Below are positions 25,125-37,680 of a stretch of 64,000 bases of DNA, piece by piece (the stretch's first letter is position 1; every line of letters begins with the position of its first letter). The DNA comes from Vicugna vicugna (lineage: Eukaryota). The notes under the pieces are model-generated. The model worked only from the letters and a program-made list of their open reading frames with translations, was not told where the DNA came from and ran no database searches. A program made the position numbers and the translations under genes. The DNA lies in the NCBI GenBank assembly GCA_013265495.1, contig MU061578.1, positions 1,249,308 through 1,313,307 on the forward strand. Reading direction: 5' to 3'.

Positions 25125-25842
25125 TACTTCCTTGCTTATTAATTGAACAGACCCTCAGGAGTGCCTGCGGTGTAGAGCCCTCCCATACTGTAGGGAGGTA
25201 AATGAAGTCCTGTGTCTGCCTGCAGGAAGCGCTCCGTCTTCTCAGGAAGGCCAGGGGATGGTTCTCGGCTCTCTAAGGTATGAAAGCTCTTTAGGAGGAA
25301 GGATTTGGAGAGGCAATGCCCCAGCAACCACCGGACTTTCTCAGCGAGCATCCCACTGGCGCAGAGAGAGCAGGAGGGCATGGGCTGGGGCTGGGGGACC
25401 ACCAGACCTCTGGCCCCGCTCCCTCCGAGGCGAGGCGGCTCAGACTCCAGCGCGGAGAAGGCCCAGGGGCTGACCCGGCGGCCCCTGTATCACCAGGCAA
25501 AGCCCACGCCGCTCTCGGCAAATTTTTCCCTGGCAACTAGGCGATCCTAATGTCTGGAACTGCAGGGGCTGTGTGTCAACTTTCCCTAAATCTGATTTCA
25601 AGGTGGCACAGTGCCGGCTGGCCACAGAAAGGTGGAGCCTGAGAGTAGAGGGGCAGGGGGAGAGTCCAGGGGCAAAGCGGGCCCCTGTACCTGAGAGGTT
25701 CAGCGAGAGTGTTTCTGTTTGATGCGTCCCTCTGCCCGACCCTGGGATCCAGGACTTCCTGTCCTCTGCATCTCCATGCGGAAATGCCGCAGCCTCAAGG
25801 GCAGGGAGAGGGAAGGAGGCTGTATACATGCTGCTGTGAGGG

Positions 25843-25844
<2 letters not shown>

Positions 25845-25886
<42 letters not shown>
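25845..25886. repeat. (GT)21 microsatellite
   Basis: Directly visible. Confidence 0.95.
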
Positions 25887-25889
<3 letters not shown>

Positions 25890-26541
25890 CAGGAGATGTC
25901 TGCTGGGGATGCGGGGAAGATGAAAGAGCAGGGGAAGAGAGTTAACCTATTCAGAAATACAAGGGCTGCCCTAACCTGCCCTTTATTCATTTAACTCTGC
26001 AATTTTGAAAAGTAAATCAAAGTCCTTTGCAAAACTGTCATGGGCACACAAATTAAATTATTAATTAAAACACATCACACGTGGCCTGACAGCAGTCCAC
26101 AGGCCTGGGAGTCAGGAAAGCGGGGAGATGGGACGGCAGCCCTTAACAAACGCCGGCCTTGCGCCTCCTCAGAAAAAAGGGTCTTCACGTTCCTTAGAGG
26201 CATCCCCAGAAAGTGGGTTTTAGGGAGACCCAATGCAGAAGGAGGGCGTCTTGCTGACACTTCCACCCTGAGCTCGGGCCGGGTCTGGCAAAGGAGCAAG
26301 CTCTCAGGTCTGCACACAAGGAATCCGATCCAAGACCCAGTGCGCGCACCAGCTGACCCTAGACCTGGCTCTCCCTCCCAAGCAAGGCTGCGGCTCCTCC
26401 CAGGGGTCCAGGGGTCCAGAGGTCCCCGCAGTGCAGGGAAGATCCCCCTTTTTTCAAACAGCTCCTGGTTGCTCTGGCGTTTCTGAATCCCAGCCCGGCC
26501 CGGGGCTGCTTTGGGATGCGGCCGCTCCAGTTTAAACCCTG

Positions 26542-26560
26542 CAGCGCCATCTGCTGGCCA
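26542..26560 (-). promoter_or_regulatory. Consensus CTCF motif within a GC/CpG-rich patch
   Basis: Reverse complement TGGCCAGCAGATGGCGCTG matches CCASYAGRKGGCRS without mismatch, and the CpG is retained. Confidence 0.65.
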
Positions 26561-28369
26561 ACTCCTCTTAGTACGGAGGAGCCCCTGGACGCGCGTGGCT
26601 CCTGCCCGGCTGGGACCTCAGAAGCCAAGCACTCCCCATGACCTCAGAGGAGGAGGCAGCGCCTTCTACCCAAGATCTCCCCAATGCACGCCGCTTCTCC
26701 TCGGCTGCGGGCCTGGGAAGCATGGGACTGCAAATCAAAGGCCCTGGGATCTGTCCCATCTCTGCTGTTTGCTTACTGTGTGGCCTCTAAATGTCCTGTC
26801 CCCTCTCTGGGCCTCAATTTCCTCCTCTGTAAAGTGCGGAGATGAGCAGGGCAATTTCCAAAGGTCCTTCCAACTTTGGTTTTTTTTGTGAGGTGTGACT
26901 TTGAGCCCATGTGAAAACCAGCTTGTCTGAAGTCCAGGAAGGTCCAGAGAGAACTGCAGGGGACGGCTGTGAACTCAATCTTGAATTCACTGCCTCAAAG
27001 ACTTAACAACAAGGGAGGGACGGGGCACTGGCCAACATGTAAAGGAGTTTTTGCATGAGGGCCTATAATTATTGCCTATTATTTAAAAAAAATGCTTGAG
27101 AGAGAAGCTATGGATTATAAATTCATGGTAGATTATGTTTTAATGTTCCCCAAACAGAATAATAATTGCTAAAACTGCTTTGGGTATCAAGCTTCATTGC
27201 ACTGAACTGCACTCCAAGAATTATTATTTTTAAAAATCACTTATGGTACCAAGATGACACAGAACTAGACTCTCCATGGCAGTCTCTGTTGGAGCCACCA
27301 TCTCCCCATGTGTTAATGTCCTGGGCAGGATACAAGAGCCGGTGTTGTAAATTAAGGTGCAATTTGTAAATGCTTCATTAATATTTATTAAATGATTATT
27401 AGATGCCCTTACAATCTTTAAGAAGATATTATAAAGCATGTCATTAAAATGCATTAGGAGCACATTCTTAGCAAGCCATGCTGTAGCCCGCTGTTAGGAA
27501 ATGCTTGGTTTTATGATGCTCTTCCTAAAGCCTGTTCCAAGATATGATTATCATGAGGATACAGAAACTTAAGTGGTGGCCTGATCAAAACATCCCCTGG
27601 GATGGTGGTAGATATCACCCCCATGGGCATCAGAAGCAGCGAGTTATCCTTGTTGTCAACTCCCTTTCCAAATGCTCTGGCTTAGACCTAGCAGAAGACA
27701 CCCATGGGGGTAGCAAATTTCACTTCTGGGTGATTAAAAATGGCAGCCTGCAACACTGTGTTAAGAAGGATTCTGAGGTTCTATTTGAGAGCTAAGTGGG
27801 AAAGAATACGGTGATAATAAGTGACGCCTGTTGTGTGCACAGTACTTGCAAGTGTCTAGGCAGAGCTGGTCACACCCATCTCTGATCGAGGAAAAGGGAA
27901 GTAACTGAGTCAGAAGGGTTCCAAGATGTACTGGGGAGATACCCACTCTGAAGGTCATTGCTTCCATTTTGGTTGTTTCATATCCACATGTCCGTGAAAG
28001 AGGTCATGAAAGAGGAAAGTCTAAAGAATATGTACAGAAAGAGGGACACAGAATAGATCTCCATTCCTTCCACACCAAAGGATCTTTCTTCTGGGGGCTC
28101 AATAATCTCTCATTCATTTCTTGAAAGTCATTAGCCCCTTCCTTCATCAGTTTCCCCCCCCCCCCTTTTTTTTTTTTTGAACTCACCAAGGTCTTTCCCA
28201 CCTCAGTGCCTTTGCACAGGCTGGTGTCTCTTTGCTTAGAAGTTCCTTACCTTTATTTTTTGAATGGGATTCCTTCTTATTTTTCTTATCTGAGATGAAA
28301 TGCCACCTCCTACAAGAGCATTTCACTGCCCACCTTGCCTCTGTCCTGGCTGTATTTATTTTATGGCAA

Positions 28370-28590
28370 AGAGTGGGGACTCAAGATTGGCATGGTTGGG
28401 CTCCAGCCCTAGTTCTACAGCTTTCTAGCCAGGGGAACTTTGTGGACAGTTTTTCAACTTCTCTGTTTTTCAGCTTCCCAGGGGTATTAACAGGGATGGT
28501 AAGAACAGTACCATCTCATGGATTAAATGAGCTCATATACAAAGAGCATGAAGAAGGTCCTTGGCAGGTAAGTACTCAGTGAGTATTCAT
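28370..28590 (+). mobile_element. MIR SINE
   Basis: ggatggtaagaacagtaccatctcatggattaaatgagctc...ttggcaggtaagtactcagt. Confidence 0.6.
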
Positions 28591-28869
28591 TTTCCTCAGT
28601 GTTCCTACTTAATTATGTCGAGTGTTTTTTTTTTTTTTTATTTTTCCTGCTAGATGTCAGCTCTGTGGCGGCATGGGCCCCGTACATCTAGAAAAAACAG
28701 TTGCCCGGTAAGTATTAGTTGAATTTCCTACCCGGGGCTTCTCTAGAGTTATAATGAGTGAGGCATAGTTGCTGCCTTCCTAGGGCACCTGGGCTAGGAA
28801 GAGAGAAAAAGGAGCATCTCATTTCAGCTCAACCTCAGGAGCCCAGCGAGAGAGGGATGGTTTGGTGGG

Positions 28870-29020
28870 ACAAGAACTTCCTCTGGGTCAGGGAAACGTG
28901 AGTTTGAAAACGGTCTCTGCCACTTTTAAGAATATGACCCTGGGCAAGTTATTTCATCTCTCCAGCTTCTGTTTGCTCATCCTTAGAATGGGGATAATAT
29001 CTACCTTCAAGAATTAGAAT
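28870..29020 (+). mobile_element. MIR SINE 5'/core part, interrupted by the Tigger element; tail resumes at ~29550
   Basis: ctctgccactt...tgaccctgggcaagttatttcatctctc...aatggggataatatctacct. Confidence 0.75.
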
Positions 29021-29042
29021 ATATGTATACACACATACACAC

Positions 29043-29539
29043 AAGGCCAAACCACAGAGATAATTCCGGGTTCACTTCCAGACCAGCATGATAAAGAGAA
29101 TAATATCAAATACCCCAATAAAGTGCGTCACTTTTTGGGGTATTCTGGTGGGTGCAGATAAGTTATGTTTACCCTATACTGTAATCTATTAAATGTGCAA
29201 TTGCTTTATGTCTAAAAAAATAATGTCCTTACTCAATTTTAAAATACCGTATTGCTAAAAAATGCTGTTACCTGAGCCTTCAAGGAGTCATAGTAGTAAC
29301 ATCCAAGGTCATTGTTTACAGGTCAACAGAGTATGTATCATAATGATGAAAAAGTTTGAAATATGATGCAAATGACCCAAATGTGGCACTGAGATGTGAA
29401 GTGAGCAGATACTGTTGGAAAAATGGTGCCGATGGACTTGCTCGATGCAGGGCTGCCACAAAACTTCAAGTTTTAAAAAAAAAAAAGCAGTCTCTGTGAA
29501 GTGTGATAAAGCAAAGTGTAATGCAACGAGGCCGGCCTG
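29043..29539 (-). mobile_element. Internally deleted Tigger1 derivative (Tigger1a-like TcMar MITE)
   Basis: Both Tigger1 ends in reverse (gggttcacttccagacc...aataaag; tgttggaaaaatggtgccgatggacttgctcgatgcagggctgccaca...aacgaggccggcctg), no transposase between them. Confidence 0.85.
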
Positions 29540-30459
29540 CATGTATATGTGGTACATAGTAATTGCTCAATAAATCAAAATAAGTTGATATATGCAGATG
29601 TAGTAAATGTCTCGTACATAGTAATTGCTAAATAAATCAAAGGTGCTCTTACTAATCTTTAATGTTACTTTTACTGTTTAAGGAGGCTTGGTGAATCCAA
29701 TGGTGGCCACGGAATTCAAAGTGCAAATAACTGAAGACTATGGCCTGAGAGTGAAAGAACCAGACTCAAATGTGGCTACAGGATGCTGGAAGGTCTCCAG
29801 GCCCCTCAGAAGGTATCCCTGGTTTTCTAAGGAACACCTTGCGCTACGAGCAGCCCATCTGAGCCTTCAGGGAGCTCAAGGGACCACGAGGGACCCTGCC
29901 AGCCTGGAGAACCTCCTGGAGGCTCCCCTGGGTGGGATGAGAAGTCACCCGGGCTCCTGTCCCAGGGACTCCCGGCCACTGAGACTCTGTAAACTTGGGA
30001 GTATGACAAAGCGGTATTTTCCTTCGTTTTGCTTTGTGAATCTAGGTGCTCAAGCCCCAGAAGGAAAATCCAAAATGCTGAAGGGACCTGAGCACGGGAA
30101 AAAGGGGAAGATGGGAGAAGCACTGAAGCTTGTCAATCGTGTTCCTTCACTTTTCCATTTCATCCATCACAGATCATTCTGTCCCACCTCCCTCCCACCC
30201 CACGAGGCGGGTGACACTCTGATGCTGGATGAAGCTTTGGGAGAGTCACCCACCAGAATTGGCAGATGAAGAAGAGAGACCTGTGGTGTGGCCAGGCCTC
30301 TGTGGCTGTAGCTAAGGACATTTTAGAGTGCAATTCAAGGCAAAAGCTAAACCAAGGGGCCCCAGGTGGTAACCAAGAGAGATGGGAGCCAAAGCAGTAC
30401 CTGCTGGGAAAGAAGAGCCATTAGGTTTGTGTCCTACGGAGCTGAGATAACGTTCTGTT

Positions 30460-31060
30460 GCCCATTCATTGCATTTGCTTATTCATTTATTTCACAGATA
30501 ATAAGCTCTCGCTAAACCCAGGCCGTGAGGTAGATATTGGGAAACAATAATGATGTAGGTAGGAAGGTGGAGATTTCATAGAGCTATGGTTCTGGGAGAG
30601 ATGAACGTTTTCCTCCTCCTCTGCCTCTTCCTTTTGTGATGTGACCACATAGACTGTATCCCATTACATTTCCTTTTCTACTTGTTCACTCTACATTGAC
30701 ATCTTTGATCTTCTGTTTGCTTTGATAAAACACAGAAGAAAAATTCTTCCACATTCCCTTTTCTTTTTACCCAACTTTCTTTATGTATACCCTGAACCTG
30801 GCCTGAGAAATGACAATGTGTGGCAGCAGAAGTAGAGATTCTAGAGGAAGATGCTGAAGCTTCATCTCACCTAGTCTAGAAAGCATCATAGAGGGCTTCC
30901 TGGAGGAAGCAGCATTTCATCCACGACAAGAAGAAAAGATGTCAGCTAGAGGAACGGGAAGAGTGTTCTAGGCAGAGAGAACAAAATGTGTGAAGGCTGG
31001 GAGGTGAGAGAGAGCAAGGCTTATCTGAAACAGCCGAGAGAAGGTCAGGATCGCTGAACC
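30460..31060 (-). mobile_element. L2 fragments
   Basis: cattcattgcatttgcttattcattt tail; gagggcttcctggaggaag...gagtgttctaggcagagagaacaaaatgtgtgaaggc. Confidence 0.65.
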
Positions 31061-31972
31061 AGAGACCGGGAGGAGGAGGCGGCAGCTAACCAGACTCCAG
31101 TGGTTCAGGATTCCTGGGGAGGAGGGGCTGGGAGTTTTCCTTTACGAGCTACGCCTGCTGGGCAAAGCCTATAAAGGTGTAATATTTGGAACTGGGCATC
31201 CCTTCTTTGTATAAGATCTACTTCCTCTGTGGCTAAACCGTGCCCTTCCCAGAAATGATGTAGCCTGGGCTCACAATTCTGATCATGCAGTTGCAACTGT
31301 AAAGTGATTGAACTCCACAGCACGTATCACAGAAGCAGGAGAACTGAGGGTCAGGGTGGCAGACAAGGCTGCTTGTGAGACCCTAAAAAAAGCTATGAAA
31401 TCTCTCAGCTGAGCCGGGGTCAGGGGGAACACACACACGATGAGTTTTCTCAATCTCTCTCTCTCTCTTTCTCTTCCTCCCTCTCTCCCTCACTGCCTCC
31501 TCCACCTACTTTCAAGACATCCATGAAACTCAGTGAAAAGGTCTGATTCCAACGAATTCATTTTGTATGAAAACTTAGATCCCTTTTCTTCCAGAGCATC
31601 AACAATTCCCCAATTTACCTGCCTTTTCCTCAAGCAACAACACAACAAACCTAAAAGAAGTAAATGTATATAATTATGTTATTTCATAGCTCTCTTCTGT
31701 ACAGGAAAAGGAAATGCATGTGAGGGCAGAGGAAAGTGTTTAACATGACAGTTTTATGTAAAGTAACCCCACATGTACTAAGAAATTCCAGAAACCCTCC
31801 AGACTAAGAGAATCACCTCTCAGTCTTCATACCCATCCATACCCGCCACCCCCAACACATACAGGCACGTTAAAAACCGAGGAAACCAGAAACAGCCCTT
31901 CCGGTTCTGAACAAGAGCGGGTTTTAATTTATAGATGTTGTCCACATCTCCAACACACTATCAGTTAAGACT

Positions 31973-32017
31973 ACACACATGAACACACACACACACACAT
32001 ACACACACACACACACT
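31973..32017. repeat. Interrupted (CA)n microsatellite
   Basis: Directly visible. Confidence 0.9.
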
Positions 32018-34079
32018 TATACACAATTACGCTCAAAGATGCATCCGGAAAGGAGACTCTCTTACTGGGATTCACTTAAAGTGATCCCTGGAGGTGGGGT
32101 TTCCATGGAAGGTAAAAATCTCACCTGAAAGGTTAGAAATCCCCTTGCAGTAGGCGGGTAGCTAAGGAAACATCTAACAAGAGGGCCAGTAAGAGAGAGC
32201 CTCCCTTTTCAAGGTGGCTGGTTTGGAATGAGCCTCCAAGGTATGAACATTTCAGCAAGGGTTCCTGCAGATTCCCAAGCAAGCATGCTTCACTTCTGGG
32301 AATCCTAGCCGCCCAGAGAGAGATAGAGGTGGGGGCCCAACTGGCCAGCTGCAGGAGTCAGCAGGGCCTGCCTTCCCACGTGAACGACAATCCCCTGCTT
32401 GGCACTTGGTAAAATTTCACTCTCTGAAATGCGAAATGTGCCTGGAGTTGGGGGAGCGGGGTGGAAAGGGGCTGCACACCCAATTCGCCCATCACGGGCA
32501 GTTTGCAAACATAGCAATTTGGGCAAATTTATTTCCTGTCTCACTCTCTTCTTACAGACTCCAAATTATAAATAAATAGGTAAGGAAATACAGAAGCAAA
32601 ATTTTCCAAAACCACATTGAAAAACAAAACAAAACAAAAAAAACCAAGAAGATGACGAGGACAATGTTCCTCTCCCAGAGGGTTATAATTCATCAGAATT
32701 TGCTTGGAAGTCAGCCTGTCGTGGGGCTGTGAAAAGGTGAAGGGAAAACTATTGAGCACACAGAAAAAGAAAAAGCTTTCCCCGCCAAGGTCAACTGTAC
32801 ATCAGCCATGAGACAAAGCAACACTCATTTCAACCCAAGGCCACAGTGTACCTTGACCCCAGCCTCATGAAAACAACAATTTGCCGTCGTCTATAAAACA
32901 CTTCCTTTACTTTCTCGGTTCTGTCGGCTTCCTCCAAACACAGACGCCTGAGTTAGCAGTATCTGGCTGTATTTTATAAGCATGTGTGTATATGTGAGCG
33001 TGTGCACTGCATCCTAAGATTTGGGGCCAAGATCTGTCTCATTCTCTGATGGCATTTTATCGTTATTAGAGAGCAATAAATTTCAGCTCCGTTAGCGCTG
33101 CATTTAAATACGCACCCGCCAAGATAGAAAGGTGCTAAATCTATAGCAAGCTATAAATCCCCATTATTTGCCATCCTTCTAGACGCGGGCTTCGGCAGAG
33201 CCCAGCCAAGACTGCACATTTTGTTTAGATAGCTCCTCTTCCCTAAAGGGAAACTTCGCCAACACTTGAAGCAGATACGATTTGCTGGCCGCAACTCTGT
33301 TTGCACCTTAACAGCTGTTTTGCTTTTTTATTTAGAGAGAACGGGGTTGCCACCATCTGTCTTTTGAAAAATGAATTCTGCTCACAGCAACACGGAACCG
33401 TAGAAAAAAAGAGAGAGAGAAAAAGGCTGCAGGATGAAGCCAAATGTCATGATAGAGAGAGAGGGTCAACTCCAAGAGGAGACAAAAATAATGATGAAAC
33501 ATTTACCACTTGAAAAGAAAAAAAAAAAAGAGAAAAAGAAAGCAAGCAAGTCGGGGATTTCAAGGTTGGTAAATGAGGCTCCAGTGACAACCAGAGAGAA
33601 AACACTCAAGTTTTCTCCAACAAGTGCTGGCAGAACCCAAATAATGAATCACCTTACCTACTCAGCATCCAGATCTTCTGTCGCAAAGGATGCTCATCGA
33701 ATCCTGAAACTGCCCAGGAAGGGTGATATTTTAATCAATTCCATTTTAGAGGTAAACCAAAATACCGTCGTAGGCATCAGTCAGACCCAGTTCGCACCCA
33801 GCGTTTCCACTTTTTAGTTTTGCATCCGGTATCGTGACTATGTCTGCATCTACCAGTGATAAGTGTTTTCCCAGGGGAAAAAGCCTTTGGAAGGGTTCGA
33901 TGAGACGATGCCTGTGGTACCCGGCACACAGACACACTTAATAAAATTCATCTGTTTCTGTTATCAAAGCAATTAAGTGCCTTAGATTAGGTCCAAAAGC
34001 TGGTGTGAAATGTGAGCCCAGACTTAAATCTGGTCTGCAGAATTCAAGTCCACCATTTAAAAAAATACATACATACACA

Positions 34080-34195
34080 TTTTGACATATATTTATATAT
34101 GTATATATTATAAAGTATATGTATATATATTTAATGGTGATAAATACATATATAGAAATAAATAATATATAAAATATCTAAATATAAATTTTAAC
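34080..34195. repeat. AT-rich low-complexity / degenerate (TA)n
   Basis: Directly visible. Confidence 0.8.
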
Positions 34196-35399
34196 ATATC
34201 TTACAGCCATTTTCTGAAACTCAAGTATGTAGGCTAGTTTATACCAGGGAACTATATTAACTCCCCGTCCTCAGCGACTGGATACAGCAGAAGGTCATTT
34301 CTCAGAAATGCTACAAGCCTAAGGTGGACGCCGGGCGTGAGGCAGCTTGTGATCCACACGATTACTCGAGGCCCCAGGCTGACGGAGAGCCCAGCACCGC
34401 CACACAGGGTCTCAGGCGCACAGGAGCAGGAGACGCGAGTGCTTGGAGACCCTGCACCCACTCTCTCCCACGCTCTGTCTCAGGAGTGACACACATAGCT
34501 ACTGCCCCCAACTCACCGACCAGAACTCCACTTGTGGTCACACTGAGCAGCAACAGGCGACTGGGACGTACGGTTCCCCTTGTCACCGGGAAGAACGCCC
34601 ACGGGGATGGGCACTGGTGTTGTCCACCACACCAACTAACGCGGAATGATGGGTTAATGGGGTCTCTTCCCTTCAAAGAGATTTTTATGCTTCTCTGAAA
34701 CACGCTGCTTACTTCTATAGATACAGTGAAAGCCAAGCAATCTTGATATTCCAGAGTTCTTCACTCTGGAATAATAGATCTGTCTCCCTTCCTAAATAAC
34801 CACAACAAACATGGCCTTGAAATGAGCGACTGGTAACGAAATGGACTAGAATAGAGTAGATGTGAAACACCAAAATTCCAATCATCAAAGGAAATTTCAA
34901 CTACAATCACTCTTCCTTGTTTACTTAAAAGAACCTTTTTAACAAGAGGAGATAAATCGCAAATGGGTGTCTAATTGGCTCTTAAGTTAGCCAGAAACTC
35001 AGAATAATGTAAACAGCTTCTATCCAAAGCAGTCCTGAAAATTAAGATTATGTTTGATACAGAAAAAGAAGAATGTCTGTTCCTTTTCCCAGTCTCTCTA
35101 AAAGTTGTTTACAAAAACCTCCTACTTAGTGTCCTATAAACCGAGAGATTCTGATCCCACAGGTCTAGAACGGTGCACACGTCTCTGGATTACCGCCAAC
35201 TCTGTAAGGTGATTGCGATGCCCAGTCGGGGCTGGGGAGCCACACTCTAGATCCACTCCACAGCTTAGGAAACACATCTCCGGAATGTGAGGAGTTTCTG
35301 GTTTCTCATCCCAGACCGTATATTCACTCAAAGCCTTGCTGTCCTCTTCCATAATAATATAATGTCTTTACAATGCCATATGATTGTGAAGATTATATT

Positions 35400-35920
35400 A
35401 GAAAATGTATGTGAAAACTTTTGTGTATACACACACACACACACACACTTTGTGTGTGTATATACACAGAAGTTTTCACATACATATATACACATGTGTG
35501 TATATATATATGCAGTGTATAATACAATGGAATACTATTCAGCCTTAAAAAATAAGGAAATTCTCCAATATGGGACAACCCATGGATGAAACTTGAGGAC
35601 AATTATGCTAAGTGAAATAAGCCAGTCACAAACAGACAAATACTGCATGATTCTACTTCTATGAGATCTCTAAAATCAAATTAGTAGAATCAGTGAGTGA
35701 AATGATGGTTGCCAAGGGCTAAGGGGAAGAGGAAATGGGAAGTTATTAACAAATGGGAATAAAGTTTCAGTTAAGCAGAATGAATACTTTCCACAGATCT
35801 GCTGTACAATATTGTATCTATAGTCAACAATAATGCATTGTACAACTTAATGATATGTTGAGAGGGTAGATCTCATGTTAAGTGTTTTACCACAAAAAAA
35901 AATAAATAAACATTTTTAAA
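35400..35920 (+). mobile_element. L1MA (L1MA9-like) 3' fragment with palindromic microsatellite at its 5' edge
   Basis: acaatggaatactattcagcctta...atggatgaaacttgaggac..atgctaagtgaaataagccagtcaca...gagagggtagatctcatgttaagtgttttaccacaaaa. Confidence 0.9.
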
Positions 35921-36485
35921 AGTCCTCCCCTGCCCTCCCCCTCCCCCAAAAACAAACCATGGGGCTTGCAAAAATTAAAAATAAAAAAGTAAACACAATT
36001 CCTGCTTTCATGAAGCTTATAGCTTGGTAAAGAACTTAGTCTTTAGCCTATTATCCACCCTTTCCTGCCCAAGGTACAATTGTTGCTACCTTGAAAGACT
36101 GGGAACAAAAGCCAGAATGTAATTCCCAATGCTTTGGTGCGTTTTTGCAAAGACTGTAGTCCAACTGAGACTTCAGTCTGTCTGCCGTTTTGAACATTTG
36201 TTAGCCAAAGTTTCCAAACTTTGGACAGTTCTTTTTAATTTATTCTGTATACAAACTTATTTATCCTAACAAATCTGCCACTTGAATTACCTTATGTATC
36301 TGTTTTTACTCTATTGAGTGAAAACTTTACTTAATTGCCTCTGCAGTCCTCTGGAATCTCCCTTTTCTTCTTTTAGAGAGAACCTTAATGTAGGGGATGG
36401 AAAATGTAGGATTTTGTTAAGATCATCATCCCTCCTCTCCAATACCAAGGAACATCGATAGGGATGCTGCCGCAACAGATTACAT

Positions 36486-36703
36486 CAGGGCTTCTCAACC
36501 CTGGCACTATTGACATTTTGAGGGAGACAATACTTAGTCGTGGGGTCTTCCCTGAGCATCACAAGACATTTAGCAGTATCACTTAACTCTGCCCACAAGA
36601 GGCCAAAAGCATCTATCTCCTAGTCGTGGCACCCACAAATGTCTTCAGCTATTGCCACGTGTCCTCTGTGGCGGACAAAATCACTTCCAGTTGAGAGAGG
36701 CTG
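36486..36703 (+). mobile_element. MER20 hAT-Charlie MITE
   Basis: cagggcttctcaaccctggcactattgacatttt...aaatgtcttcagctattgcca...ccagttgagagaggctg. Confidence 0.85.
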
Positions 36704-36704
36704 G

Positions 36705-36900
36705 CTTTTGTTTATTGCACATATACAATGAGCAAAACACTGGGTTAACTTTTTAATACACCTCACCTCATTTAATTCTTTCAACAGCCCTGTGTGAGTA
36801 GGAACTATTTTTATACCAATTTTTAGATAAAATAATTGAGCCAATGAGCACCAAGACTGGATTCCAAAGTCCACGCTCTGTCCTTGGTTCTGTACAATTC
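36705..36900 (-). mobile_element. MIR SINE
   Basis: ctcatttaattctttcaacagccctgtgtgagtaggaactatttttataccaattttt. Confidence 0.75.
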
Positions 36901-37289
36901 ACAAAAGTCATTCTCCTACTTTCTGTTCATCTGGTTTTCAACATAACAACTGATATACAAATGAACTGTAAGATCTACTGGGTATCTCAGTGAGAACACT
37001 AATTCTCTAGGAAGGTACACATTCCCCGTGTCCCATTCAGACCCTATCATATCAGAAATGGGCAATCAATCCGTCAGGTAGTGGTTGTGGATGGAGTTTT
37101 GTCTGGCACCAAAGCCAGGAGAATGCCAGCTCCTCTGCTGTCCTTCTGATATGGTGAGATAAGATTTCAGCCACCAGCCAGTTTTCAACAAATGATGCTC
37201 TTTGGGGAAGTAAGTCCAGACCTCTGCGATACATTTTGTCACAGATGTTGAAAACACCTATTCAGGGACCTGTCCCTTTACTTTAGCCA

Positions 37290-37680
37290 TGCGGTTGCAA
37301 TGGAAACTGTCTTGTTTCTACCAGGTACACCCAGCCAGAGCTAACGGGACAGCTGATTCAAGATGGACTACTCGGATAATCTGGCATTTGACCGAGGAGA
37401 GATGGAATGGGACATCGTTCTCTTGGATTGTAATGTTTGTGACTTGGGAGATACTGCAGCCCTTTGCTACTGTGTGGGTTGGGAATGTTACTGGACAAAA
37501 AGAGCAAGAAAGCAAATGCATGGAGAAAAACACAGAGGAGTAATGAGCAAGAATGTCTTTGGTGACATCTGATCTTTCTCGAGAAAGAACCACATTCCTA
37601 TCCTTACTTCATGCTACATTTCCTTTGGTACTTGAACTAGTTTGAGTTTGGTTTCTGTGATTCATAAAAGAGTCCTTAAG
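37290..37680 (+). mobile_element. Highly decayed ERVL/MaLR-type LTR (family uncertain)
   Basis: Terminal segment cttgaactagtttgagtttggtttctgtgattcataaaagagtcct resembles old LTR16/LTR33/MLT1 3' ends. Confidence 0.35.

Noticed and set aside
29688..30269. Longest ORF in the track (193 aa)
   Set aside because: Starts at a non-ATG codon, has no recognisable domain or convincing exon structure, and its length is compatible with chance in GC-richer DNA.
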